Positions 28,341-37,805 of a stretch of DNA of 64,000 bases are shown here, piece by piece. Source of the stretch: Candidatus Coprovivens sp. (GTDB taxonomy: Bacteria; Bacillota_I; Bacilli_A; RF39; UBA660); contig JBJEXV010000066.1 in NCBI GenBank assembly GCA_051886175.1, positions 8,996 through 72,995 on the forward strand, read 5' to 3'. The notes under the pieces were generated by a model. The model was given only the letters and a program-made list of their open reading frames with translations, was not told the origin of the DNA and did no database searches. A program made the position numbers and the translations under genes. How positions within the stretch are numbered: position 1 is the stretch's first letter; each line of letters begins with the position of its first letter.

Positions 28341-28607
28341 ATGAATAATATGAATGAAGTATTTTTAAGGAAAAATGATATTGGTGTTAATATTGAATAT
28401 CATGTTATTGGTTATTATTTAGATGACAATAAAAGATATCGTATTTATACTGATTTTGTTACTGATAAAGATAATATTTTTGGAATAAGAATTATGGTTG
28501 ATTTAGAAAAAGATAGTGAATATGTAAGACTTAATTCTAAAGAAGAAAAAGTAATTATTGAAAAATATAATAGAGAAATAATGGTTTATGCAAAAGGTAA
28601 TAAGTAA
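28341..28607 (+). CDS. DUF1292-like small protein (88 aa), paralogue of 26888..27190
   Basis: YRIYTDFVTDKDNIF aligns with YVVFTDYMLDENDEF. IIEKYNREIMVYA aligns with IVEKIKNGLTDDIVAYV. Confidence 0.45.
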   Translation: MNNMNEVFLRKNDIGVNIEYHVIGYYLDDNKRYRIYTDFVTDKDNIFGIRIMVDLEKDSEYVRLNSKEEKVIIEKYNREIMVYAKGNK

Positions 28608-28609
28608 GG

Positions 28610-30055
28610 ATGGTAGTAATGAAAAATAATGATATGTTTGTAGATGTAGTTGATGAAGAAAAAAAAGTTACTAGTGTGGAAGAATCTACAAGTTTTGATT
28701 ATGCGGTCAATCGTTTGAAAAGTGATATTGCTGCTGCTGAAAAAGAAAGAAAAGATGCTGTGATTTCATCAAAAAGAGGTAGATTAATTAGATTAATTAA
28801 GGAAGAAATCAAAAAAATAAAATCTATGGAAGAACTTAGTACTGAAGATCAAGAAAGTTTAGAAAATTTACAAAAAATGTTAGAAACCGAACTTGGTAAT
28901 CATAAGGATCATTTAAAGTTAATTTATAAAGAAGATTTTTTAGCAAAAAGAGCTACAGTGCCAGCAATCTTTACTGTTTTACCTAAAGGTGTTGGTATTC
29001 AATTTAAACGCGTTCTTAATTGTATAGATGAATTAAAAGAAGCAAAAACTAATAAAGAGAAAATATTTGGTGTTGTTGATGTTGGTAAACAAATGGGTTT
29101 ATTTGCAGCTACACCTGTTATATTTACTGCGAAGTTTATTGCGAGACATTGGTATTTATTGTTATTATTATTGTCTTTACTAGCAGCTATGAATTTTGAT
29201 TGGCTAAAAGATCTACTTGGTAAATTACCTTTCTTAGCTAAAAAAGGTGAAGATAATGATAATGAAAAAGATAATTCTGATGGTGGATTAAAAGAAGAAG
29301 TAACTGATCCAGCTACTCAAACTAATCCTGAATTTGGTTTGAATCATAAACCTGTTATTCCTGTAATTCCAATTCCTGGTGAGGATGAAGAAGAAAATAC
29401 CCTTACTAATCCAAAACCCGAACCACAACCGAAACCTGGTTTAGCTCCTGGTTATGCATTCGAAGAAAATGAAGAAACTGATTCTGTTATTACTCCTAGT
29501 CCTGAAGTGGTTCCAGAAGTAGTATTAACACCAGAACAGAATGAATTGTCAAAAAATATTTCTGAAACATTTATTGATAGGTTGGAACAACAATTTTCTT
29601 TCTTTATAGCAGAAAGACATCCTGATACAGTTGTTGTTCATAGTGCGCAAGAATACTATGATGCTGTTAAAGAATTGACAGGTGGAAGAACACCGTTTGA
29701 AGTGTCAGGAGCTGAAGATTATTATAAACATTTCAATGTTTCTACTGAACCTTCTGAACAATCTATTGTATGGCCGGAAATGGAAGAGTTTAGTAATAGA
29801 TGTTTTGAAACTAACAAAGATTTAGTTAATTATGTTGCGAGTGGAAAAGATCCAAACTTAACTAGATTCGCTAATGATTTTATTGAAGATATGAATAAAT
29901 CTTCAGTTGGTTTTGATATGAGTGCAGTTGAATCTATTTGTGATGAATTAGGTATATCTGTTGGAGCTGGTTTAACAATTTTTGCATTATATGAATTAAT
30001 TCAATATGGATTAGCTATTCCAACAGGTGGTGCATCATTGGTTTTACCTGGTTAG
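28610..30055 (+). CDS. membrane protein with Pro/Glu-rich linker and C-terminal globular domain
   Basis: Motif LPKGVGIQFKRVLNCIDELKEAKTN (compare 27183 gene). TM FAATPVIFTAKFIARHWYLLLLLLSLLAAM. Pro-rich tract NPKPEPQPKPGLAPG. Hydrophobic C-terminal segment. Confidence 0.55.
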   Translation: MVVMKNNDMFVDVVDEEKKVTSVEESTSFDYAVNRLKSDIAAAEKERKDAVISSKRGRLIRLIKEEIKKIKSMEELSTEDQESLENLQKMLETELGNHKDHLKLIYKEDFLAKRATVPAIFTVLPKGVGIQFKRVLNCIDELKEAKTNKEKIFGVVDVGKQMGLFAATPVIFTAKFIARHWYLLLLLLSLLAAMNFDWLKDLLGKLPFLAKKGEDNDNEKDNSDGGLKEEVTDPATQTNPEFGLNHKPVIPVIPIPGEDEEENTLTNPKPEPQPKPGLAPGYAFEENEETDSVITPSPEVVPEVVLTPEQNELSKNISETFIDRLEQQFSFFIAERHPDTVVVHSAQEYYDAVKELTGGRTPFEVSGAEDYYKHFNVSTEPSEQSIVWPEMEEFSNRCFETNKDLVNYVASGKDPNLTRFANDFIEDMNKSSVGFDMSAVESICDELGISVGAGLTIFALYELIQYGLAIPTGGASLVLPG

Positions 30056-30070
30056 AACTAAGATTTTAAT

Positions 30071-30099
30071 TTGACAAAATGTTTAAATAGGTGTAGTAT
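30071..30099 (+). promoter_or_regulatory. sigma-A promoter of the thrS T-box leader
   Basis: TTGACA (30071-76), 17-nt spacer, TAGTAT (30094-99). Confidence 0.6.
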
Positions 30100-30104
30100 T
30101 TAGT

Positions 30105-30305
30105 TAATTCAATGAGGAAGAACACGATTATTAAGTATCTTGCTTGTAGAGAACTAGTGGTTGGTGAAAACTAGTAGAAGTCTTAATAGTTACTATCTTC
30201 TGAGTGGTTTAATAAAACCCGGTTAATAGCCGTTATCTAAATTAAGTTAAATAAAGGATGGTACCGCATAACTTTGCTCCTTGCAAGTTATGTGGTTTTT
30301 TTATT
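30105..30305 (+). promoter_or_regulatory. T-box leader (tRNA-sensing attenuator), presumably tRNA-Thr specific
   Basis: AGAGA box (tgtAGAGAac). T-box sequence AAAGGATGGTACCGC (30253-67). Overlapping terminator cataactt-tgctccttgc-aagttatg followed by T7. A possible ACU specifier lies in gttACTAtc (tentative). Confidence 0.8.
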
Positions 30306-30325
30306 TATAGAAAGGGGCAGATGGA

Positions 30326-30589
30326 ATGGATCGAACCGAGTGTGTTGAAACGCTAAAAAAAGAGTTGTTCGAAATTAAATTATCTATGGCAATGAGAAAA
30401 GGTTCTATTGCTGATAGAGTAGAACTTGTTAGAAGAGAAGAACAAGTAAACAAAATATTAAATACATTATTATCTGAGATTGAAATCGCTAGTGGTCAGG
30501 TTGCATTTGCATTTGCTGAACAAATAGATTTATCTAAGATAGATGATGTTAAAGAAGAGATAAAAGGAAGGAAGAAAAATAATGGTTAA
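30326..30589 (+). CDS. hypothetical 87-aa helical protein between the T-box and thrS
   Basis: SD AAAGGGG lies 8 nt before ATG 30326. It overlaps the thrS start by 8 nt. E/K-rich, no similarity to a TGS domain by eye. Confidence 0.45.
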   Translation: MDRTECVETLKKELFEIKLSMAMRKGSIADRVELVRREEQVNKILNTLLSEIEIASGQVAFAFAEQIDLSKIDDVKEEIKGRKKNNG

Positions 30590-32345
30590 TTTTAAGGAAG
30601 ATGAAAAATTAAATAAGTTAAATCATAGTTGTGCACATTTACTTGCACAAGCTGTAAAACATTTATATCCTCATGCTAAATTCTGGGTAGGACCAGTTGT
30701 AGAAGAAGGTTTCTATTATGATATTGATTTAGGTGAAGATGTATTAAAAGATGAAGATTTAGAAGTAATTGAAAGAGAAATGAAAAAATGTTCTAAATCA
30801 GCTAAAAATATTATTAGAAAAGAAATTTCTAGAGAAGAAGCTTTAGAAATGTTTAAAGATGATGAATACAAGATAGATTTAATTGAAAGAATGGAAGAAG
30901 ACAATGTAATATCTTGTTATGTTCAAGGTGACTTTACTGATTTATGTAGAGGACCTCATATGGAAAATACTAAAGAAATTAAATATTTCAAATTAACTAA
31001 GTTTAGTGGTGCTTATTGGAAAGGTGATGCATCTAAGAAAATGCTTCAAAGAATATATGGTGTATGTTTCCCATCTCAAGAAGAATTAGATGCACATTTA
31101 AAAGAATTAGAAGAAATGAAATTAAGAGACCATAGAAAAATAGGTAAAGATTTAGAAATATTTATGGTTAGTGATTTAGTAGGTAAAGGTTTACCAATGT
31201 ATTTACCAAACGGATATATGATGTGGGATTTATTAGAACAATATATCAAAGGTAAAGAAAGAAAATTAGGTTATTTACATGTATTAACTCCACCACTAGG
31301 AAATGTTGAGTTATATAAAACATCAGGACACTGGGATCATTATAAAGAAAATATGTTTCCTATGATGAAAGTTGAAGAAGAAGAATTCGTTCTTCGTCCA
31401 ATGAACTGTCCTCATCATATGGTTGTTTATAGTAATAACGTACATTCATATAGAGATTTACCAATTAAGATTGGTGAAATAGCTAGAGATTGTCGTTTTG
31501 AATCAAGTGGTTCATTAAAAGGCATTGAAAGAGTTAGAACTTTCTGTCAAAATGATGCTCACTTATTTGTTACTCCTGAACAAATTCAAGCAGAATTTAG
31601 TGAAGTAGTTAATTTAATATTAGAAGTTTATAGTGAATTAGGTATTAAAGATTATAGATTTGAATTATCTTTAAGAGATCCTGAAGATAAAGTTAAGTAT
31701 TATCCAGATGATGATATGTGGAATAATGCTGAAAATACTTTAAGAAAAGTATTAGATGGATTAAATTTAGACTATGTAGAAAAGATTGGTGAAGCAGCAT
31801 TCTATGGACCAAAATTAGATGTTCAAGTTAAACCAGCTGTAGGACCTGAATATACTTTATCTACTTGTCAATTAGACTTCTGTTTACCAATGCGTTTTGA
31901 TTTAGGTTATGTAGACAATGAAGGTAACAAACAAACTCCAGTTGTATTACACAGAGCTATTTTTGGAAGTATTGATAGATTTATGGCTTACTATTTAGAA
32001 GAAACTAAAGGATATTTACCAGTATGGTTAGCTCCAAAACAAATTGAAGTTGTTCCAGTAAATATTCAATATCATGAAGAATATGCTAATGAAATATATA
32101 ATGCATTAAAAGAAGCTGGATTTAGAGTTGGAATTGATGCAAGAAATGAAAAATTAGGTTATAAACTTCGTGAATCAGTTATTAAGAAAATACCTTATAT
32201 GTTAATATTAGGACAAAAAGAAGTTGATGAAAAATTAGTTTCTTATAGAAGAGCAGGCAGTGAAGAAACTACTACATTAAAACTTGAAGAATTCATTGAA
32301 TTAATCAATAATGATATAAAAAATAAAGTAAGATATGATAAATAA
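30582..32345 (+). CDS. thrS: threonine--tRNA ligase lacking the N-terminal TGS domain
   Basis: Starts at the editing domain (NHSCAHLLAQAVKHLYP, DLCRGPH). Class II motifs FVLRPMNCPHH, RVRTFCQNDAH and a C-terminal anticodon-binding domain. 587 aa. Confidence 0.95.
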   Translation: MVNFKEDEKLNKLNHSCAHLLAQAVKHLYPHAKFWVGPVVEEGFYYDIDLGEDVLKDEDLEVIEREMKKCSKSAKNIIRKEISREEALEMFKDDEYKIDLIERMEEDNVISCYVQGDFTDLCRGPHMENTKEIKYFKLTKFSGAYWKGDASKKMLQRIYGVCFPSQEELDAHLKELEEMKLRDHRKIGKDLEIFMVSDLVGKGLPMYLPNGYMMWDLLEQYIKGKERKLGYLHVLTPPLGNVELYKTSGHWDHYKENMFPMMKVEEEEFVLRPMNCPHHMVVYSNNVHSYRDLPIKIGEIARDCRFESSGSLKGIERVRTFCQNDAHLFVTPEQIQAEFSEVVNLILEVYSELGIKDYRFELSLRDPEDKVKYYPDDDMWNNAENTLRKVLDGLNLDYVEKIGEAAFYGPKLDVQVKPAVGPEYTLSTCQLDFCLPMRFDLGYVDNEGNKQTPVVLHRAIFGSIDRFMAYYLEETKGYLPVWLAPKQIEVVPVNIQYHEEYANEIYNALKEAGFRVGIDARNEKLGYKLRESVIKKIPYMLILGQKEVDEKLVSYRRAGSEETTTLKLEEFIELINNDIKNKVRYDK

Positions 32346-32373
32346 AAAGAACAAGCACTTGTGCTTGTTTTTT
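32346..32373 (+). terminator. intrinsic terminator after thrS
   Basis: aacaagc-actt-gcttgtt followed by T5. Confidence 0.75.
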
Positions 32374-32441
32374 GTCTTTTAATATTGATATTAAACTCTT
32401 ATTAAGTTATAATTTAATATATAATAAGGGTGTGTATCAAT

Positions 32442-35400
32442 ATGAAAATAATGTTAATGGATCAGGTTAAGTTAGTTAATCTGGTATTACCAAGAGAAGT
32501 TTTTGGTAACTATTGGGTAATAAATGCAGATAAAGATAACTTAGTTAACGTAGAAGCTATAGATGGTAATTGGATACTAAAAAGTAATAGTGAGATTAAG
32601 GTATTCAAAGATGGAACTCCTGTTAATGAAATAGCATTAGAGGAAGAAAAATTCTATACATTAAAGAACGTATTATTAGGTCAAAGTTATGTAATATATA
32701 CATCTCCTACATATGATAAAAATACAATGCAATTATGTATTGGTAATATAGATAATGCAGTATATTATATTGGTAATAATAATGCACCTGCTAATGGTAA
32801 TGTAGCACAAAACATTATTTCATATGAACAAAATGGATTTGCTAGAAATCAAATTAAAATTACTGTTCAAAACGGATTATATAGTGTAATAAATTTAAAT
32901 CCACAAATGCCAATGTATATTAATGGTTTATTAAAGACTCAAGATTATTTAAAATATGGCGATAGTATTTTTATCTTAGGTTTTAAATTATCTATTGTTA
33001 AAGATATATTTATGGTTAATAATCCAAATAAATTATTAAAGTATGATGCTAAAACTTTTATAACTAGATCTTTACCAGTTTTAGATTTTAATAAAATATC
33101 TAAAGAAGTAGATCCAGCAATAGAAATGTATAAAAAAGAAGATTATTTCTTAAAACCTCCTAGATTCGATGAAAAAATTGAAGAGAAAGAATTAATTATA
33201 GACCCACCTCCTGCACCACAAAAGCAAGAGGAAATGCCTGCTATTTTAACAATGGGTTCAATGATTATGATGGGTATGAGTTCTGTAATGAATGCAGTTA
33301 CTACTTTAACAGGTGTTTTAAATGGTACTGTAGAACTTAAAACAGCGTGGCCTTCATTGTTAACTTGTTTGGCGATGTTAACATGTATGTTGGTATTACC
33401 GACTGCAACTAAAATGTATAACAAACATAAAAAGAAAGTTTATGAACGTAGAAGACAAGCTACATATAGAGATTATGTAGAGAGAAAAAGAGTAGAGTTC
33501 TTAACTGAAATGAAGAGACAACAACAAATTTTAATTGAAAAATATATTCCATTAAAAGAAGTTGGAGATGTTATCTTATTTAAGAAACGTACTTTATGGG
33601 AAAAGAATATGGACGACTATGATTTCCTATCATTAAGATTAGGTATTGGTTCAATTCCACCTTTCTTCCATATTAACTTTCCTGATGATCACTTCTCAAT
33701 GGATGCAGAAGACAACTTAATGGGATTGTTAAGACAATTAGAAAAAGAAACTGAATATTTAGTAAATGTTCCTGTTACTTATTCTTTTACTAAGAAGTTT
33801 GTTACAGGTATTATTGGTAAACGTGATGTAACTAATCCTTTTATTAGAGGTTTATTATTACAAATGTTTGCTTATCATGGATATGATGATTTAAAAGTTT
33901 GTGTATTTACAAGTAGTGAGAATTCTAAGTTCTGGGAAGAAATACAAAACTGTCCTTATTTTTGGGATGATAATAAAACATTAAGATTCTTTGGTACTAA
34001 TATAGATGATATTAATCACATTAGTTCTTACTTAGAAGAATTATTAGCACAAGTAAGAGAAGCTAATGAAAGTAATGCAGGTACTGAAAAGAGAATAGCT
34101 AAGTTACCTAAACGTTTCGTTATTATGATAGATGATATCGATTTGGTACGTAACGTATCTATTATTAGAACAGTTCTTGAATCTACTGAATATTTAGGAA
34201 TTAGTTTAATTATTTGTACTGAAAAATTAAACTCATTACCAAATGAAGTTGAACACTTTATTAGTGTAGATGAACGTAGTGGTGGTATTTTCGAACGAGT
34301 ATTAACAGATGGCAAGAGAATTAACTTTACTCCCGACTTTATGTTTGCTTCATTAGAAAAATATGTATATGTTATATCTAATATACCTATTGCATTAAAT
34401 GGTGGTAAGTATGTATTACCTTCAACATATACATTCTTAGAAATGTATAATGTATCTAATGTTAACCAATTGAATTGTTTAAGTAGATGGAAAGATAATG
34501 ATCCAATTAACTCTTTAGCAGCTCCAGTAGGTGTTAATGAATATGGTGAATTATTTAACTTAGATCTTCATGAAAAAGCACATGGTCCACATGGACTAAT
34601 TGCTGGTATGACAGGTTCTGGTAAATCAGAATTTATTATTTCGTTTATTTTAAGTATGGCAGTTAACTTCCATCCAAATGAAGTACAATTCGTACTTATC
34701 GATTACAAAGGTGGAGGATTAGCAGGTGCATTCGAAAATAGAGAAACAGGATTAAAATTACCTCATCTAGCTGGTACAATTACAAACTTAGATGTTAATG
34801 GTATTAATCGTTCTTTAGCTTCATTACAATCAGAGTTAAAGAGAAGACAAGCAGAGTTTAATAAAGCTCGTGATGCTGTAGGTGAATCTACAATTGATAT
34901 TTATAAATATCAAAGATTATATCGTAGTGGTAAGGTTAAAGATCCTATTGCTCACTTATTTATTATTTCCGATGAGTTCGCCGAATTGAAAGCACAACAA
35001 CCTGATTTCATGGATGAGTTGATTTCAACAGCACGTATCGGACGTTCACTTGGTGTTCACTTAATTCTAGCGACACAAAAGCCAAGTGGTGTAGTTAACG
35101 ACCAAATTTGGTCAAACTCTAAATTTAAAATCTGTTTAAAAGTTCAAGATAGATCTGACTCTCAAGAAATGATCAAGAGACCAGATGCTGCTTCATTAAA
35201 AGAAACTGGTAGATTCTTCTTACAAGTTGGTTATGATGAATTCTTCGCATTAGGTCAAAGTGCTTGGACAGGAGCTCCATATTATGAATCAGATGTTCGT
35301 AAGAAGAAAGTTGATAATACAATTTCATTTGTTAACAACTTAGGTGCTCCAATTAAAGTTATGGATGATGGAAAACAAAGTTTTACAGGTGTTCTTAAAG

Positions 35401-37088
35401 GTGAAGAGTTACCAAATATTATGAAATATATGGTTGATTTATCTAAGAAAGAAAATATTCAAGTAAAACAATTGTGGTTAAATGCATTACCACCTATCAT
35501 TTATATTGATGGATTAAAAGAAAAATATGAATATAAGAAAATTGATTGTGATATTAATCCGGTTATTGGTGAATACGATGCTCCAGATTTACAAAAACAA
35601 GGATTACTTACTATGCCAATTACTCAAGGTGGTAACTGGATAATCTATGGTATTGCTGATTCTGGTAAAGATGAAGTTGTTAACTCAATAGTTTATTCTT
35701 GTATTACAACTTATTCTCCTGTTGAATTACAAATGTATTTAATGGACTTTGGTGCTGAAACATTACGTATGTATAGAAAAGCTCCACAAGTTGGTGATGT
35801 TGTATTCCAACAAGATGCTGATAAGGTAACTAATTTAATTAGAATGATAAGTTCTATTATGGAACAAAGAAGAAAGTTATTTGCTGATTACGGTGGTAAC
35901 TATATTAATTATTGTAAGACTAGTGGTAAAGTATTGCCTAATATAGTAGTTATCTTAAATGGTTATGAAACATTTAGTGAAAACTATGGTGATTCAACAT
36001 TTGATAGTTTAATTACTATTACTCGTGACTGTCAAAAATATGGTATTTATTTCATTATGACATGTGCGAGTGTTAATGGTATTAGAAGTAAATTAGCTCA
36101 ATATTTACCTAACCATTTAGTATTACAAATGAATGATAAGTATGACTATTCTACATTATTAAGTAGAACTAAGTTAGAACCTGCTGCATTCTCTGGACGT
36201 GGTTTGGTTAAACTAGATACAGTTTATGAATTCCAAGCAGCTGTACCAGTACAACAAGAAGAATTAAATACTGTTGTTTCTGCGAAGATTAAGGAACTAT
36301 GTGAAAAATATAAAACTAGTGCTCCTAAGATTCCAGTATTACCAGAAATTGTTACTATTTCTTATTGTGCTGATAATAATAAGGGACTTCAAGGAATGCC
36401 TGTTGGTGTTGAAAAAGAATCTCTTGCGATTCGTACATTAAATTTCACAAAGAACTTAGAACATACAATTACTGCATTAGAATTTGATACATTAGTACCA
36501 TTTGGTAAGATGTTTATTAAACAAATTGGTAAGAGTTTAGGTAAGAATGTTTATGTGTTCGACCCTGATAAATACTTTGGTGATATAGCAGCGGATGTAT
36601 CATATTATGATTCAAATGTTCCAAATTGTTATAAGCAATTAGTTGAATTTATTAATAAAATGTATGATGAATTTGCAGCTGGTGGATATGATCCTGCAGC
36701 TATTAGTAAATACGGTGAATACGTATGTGTTATAGCTGGTATTGATAAATTTAAAATGTTATTAGGCAATGACTTTAGTTCACAATTTGCTGACTTATTA
36801 GTTAAGATTAAAGCAATGCCTAAGATGTATTTTATAATTATGGATGAAGTAGATAATATTAAGAAATTTGAATACGATACATGGTATAAAGCTGTTGTAT
36901 CTCCTACAAGAGGTATTTGGGTTGGTGAAGGTATGTCAACACAATTTACTCTTAAATCTACATTATCTGCTAGACAATTATCTGCTAAGATTGATAACAC
37001 ATTCGGTTACTATGTAGATGGTAGTGTTACAGTATTAGTTAAATTGATTACAGATGTTGGTGAAGAAGACCAATATGAGTCATTATAA
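32442..37088 (+). CDS. essC: type VII secretion FtsK/SpoIIIE-family ATPase EssC/YukB
   Basis: N-terminal FHA-like region (LVLPREVFGNYWV, typical EssC start). Hydrophobic pair around aa 270-330. D1 Walker A GMTGSGKSE with Walker B FIISDEFAEL, D2 GIADSGKDE, and a degenerate third domain. 1548-1552 aa depending on start (GTG 32430 or ATG 32442). Confidence 0.9.
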   Translation: MKIMLMDQVKLVNLVLPREVFGNYWVINADKDNLVNVEAIDGNWILKSNSEIKVFKDGTPVNEIALEEEKFYTLKNVLLGQSYVIYTSPTYDKNTMQLCIGNIDNAVYYIGNNNAPANGNVAQNIISYEQNGFARNQIKITVQNGLYSVINLNPQMPMYINGLLKTQDYLKYGDSIFILGFKLSIVKDIFMVNNPNKLLKYDAKTFITRSLPVLDFNKISKEVDPAIEMYKKEDYFLKPPRFDEKIEEKELIIDPPPAPQKQEEMPAILTMGSMIMMGMSSVMNAVTTLTGVLNGTVELKTAWPSLLTCLAMLTCMLVLPTATKMYNKHKKKVYERRRQATYRDYVERKRVEFLTEMKRQQQILIEKYIPLKEVGDVILFKKRTLWEKNMDDYDFLSLRLGIGSIPPFFHINFPDDHFSMDAEDNLMGLLRQLEKETEYLVNVPVTYSFTKKFVTGIIGKRDVTNPFIRGLLLQMFAYHGYDDLKVCVFTSSENSKFWEEIQNCPYFWDDNKTLRFFGTNIDDINHISSYLEELLAQVREANESNAGTEKRIAKLPKRFVIMIDDIDLVRNVSIIRTVLESTEYLGISLIICTEKLNSLPNEVEHFISVDERSGGIFERVLTDGKRINFTPDFMFASLEKYVYVISNIPIALNGGKYVLPSTYTFLEMYNVSNVNQLNCLSRWKDNDPINSLAAPVGVNEYGELFNLDLHEKAHGPHGLIAGMTGSGKSEFIISFILSMAVNFHPNEVQFVLIDYKGGGLAGAFENRETGLKLPHLAGTITNLDVNGINRSLASLQSELKRRQAEFNKARDAVGESTIDIYKYQRLYRSGKVKDPIAHLFIISDEFAELKAQQPDFMDELISTARIGRSLGVHLILATQKPSGVVNDQIWSNSKFKICLKVQDRSDSQEMIKRPDAASLKETGRFFLQVGYDEFFALGQSAWTGAPYYESDVRKKKVDNTISFVNNLGAPIKVMDDGKQSFTGVLKGEELPNIMKYMVDLSKKENIQVKQLWLNALPPIIYIDGLKEKYEYKKIDCDINPVIGEYDAPDLQKQGLLTMPITQGGNWIIYGIADSGKDEVVNSIVYSCITTYSPVELQMYLMDFGAETLRMYRKAPQVGDVVFQQDADKVTNLIRMISSIMEQRRKLFADYGGNYINYCKTSGKVLPNIVVILNGYETFSENYGDSTFDSLITITRDCQKYGIYFIMTCASVNGIRSKLAQYLPNHLVLQMNDKYDYSTLLSRTKLEPAAFSGRGLVKLDTVYEFQAAVPVQQEELNTVVSAKIKELCEKYKTSAPKIPVLPEIVTISYCADNNKGLQGMPVGVEKESLAIRTLNFTKNLEHTITALEFDTLVPFGKMFIKQIGKSLGKNVYVFDPDKYFGDIAADVSYYDSNVPNCYKQLVEFINKMYDEFAAGGYDPAAISKYGEYVCVIAGIDKFKMLLGNDFSSQFADLLVKIKAMPKMYFIIMDEVDNIKKFEYDTWYKAVVSPTRGIWVGEGMSTQFTLKSTLSARQLSAKIDNTFGYYVDGSVTVLVKLITDVGEEDQYESL

Positions 37089-37116
37089 AAAACAAGCGAA
37101 ATACGCTTGTTTTTTC
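37089..37116 (+). terminator. intrinsic terminator immediately after essC
   Basis: acaagcg-aaata-cgcttgt followed by T5. Confidence 0.75.
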
Positions 37117-37139
37117 TCGTTTTTATGCGAAGTGGTTTG

Positions 37140-37168
37140 TTGACTTATACTTGATTTTAATGTATTAT
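37140..37168 (+). promoter_or_regulatory. sigma-A promoter for the yukD-to-DUF4176 operon
   Basis: TTGACT (37140-45), 17-nt spacer, TATTAT (37163-68). Confidence 0.6.
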
Positions 37169-37209
37169 TTATAGTATAGGACAGTAGATGTTAAGAATGG
37201 AGTGCTTTT

Positions 37210-37464
37210 ATGAATAATAAAGTATGTGTAGAATTGATTGTTCCTGCTATAGAGGAACGTTACAATGTTTTTATTCCTATAAATAAGAAAACATTAGAGG
37301 TTATATATTTACTTAGTAAAGCAATCAATGAAATGTCTAACGGTTTTTTTGAAATTTCAAACAATGTATCATTAATTAATGGTAGTACGGGTTTGAATTA
37401 TGATGTAGATAAAACATTTTTGGAAAACGGTATATTAAACGGTTCCAAAATTATACTAATGTAA
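37210..37464 (+). CDS. yukD: YukD/EsaB-like ubiquitin-fold T7SS protein
   Basis: 84 aa. KVCVELIVPAIEERYNVFIPINKKTLEVIYLL...LENGILNGSKIILM matches the EsaB/YukD beta-grasp pattern and size. Confidence 0.75.
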   Translation: MNNKVCVELIVPAIEERYNVFIPINKKTLEVIYLLSKAINEMSNGFFEISNNVSLINGSTGLNYDVDKTFLENGILNGSKIILM

Positions 37465-37477
37465 GGAGGGTTGTGTT

Positions 37478-37783
37478 ATGTACAATACTGTTTTTGATTA
37501 TAATTTTGCTGTAGATGAAGAAAAGTTAGGGATTGTTTGTGATACTATGACTGGAAAAGCAAATGAAGTTAGAGAACTTGTAGATTCTATTTATAATATT
37601 ATAAATAATGATTTGTCTAACTATTGGAAAAGTACTTCTTATGATAATTTTAGAGACACTTGTAGTAAATATAGGGTAGGATTAAATGAACTAGCTAATA
37701 TGATTGAGTTGTTTGGTAGTTCAGCTCAAAGTATAAGCGAAGCAGCTGGTGAAATGTTTACTGGCATTAATAGTAAATTTTAA
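37478..37783 (+). CDS. WXG100-like small helical protein (WxG degenerated to W-K-S)
   Basis: 101 aa helix-turn-helix hairpin. The central LSNYWKSTSYDNF corresponds to the WxGxxxxxF turn. Confidence 0.6.
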   Translation: MYNTVFDYNFAVDEEKLGIVCDTMTGKANEVRELVDSIYNIINNDLSNYWKSTSYDNFRDTCSKYRVGLNELANMIELFGSSAQSISEAAGEMFTGINSKF

Positions 37784-37805
37784 AAGGAAATAGAAGGTGA
37801 AGAAT

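Noticed and set aside
26888-30055. The idea that the two membrane proteins upstream of thrS are the missing EssB/EsaA-type T7SS core.
   Set aside because: I saw no pseudokinase-like or EsaA-like layout. The block is separated from essC by thrS, with its own promoter, T-box and terminator. It is kept only as a separate unknown cassette.
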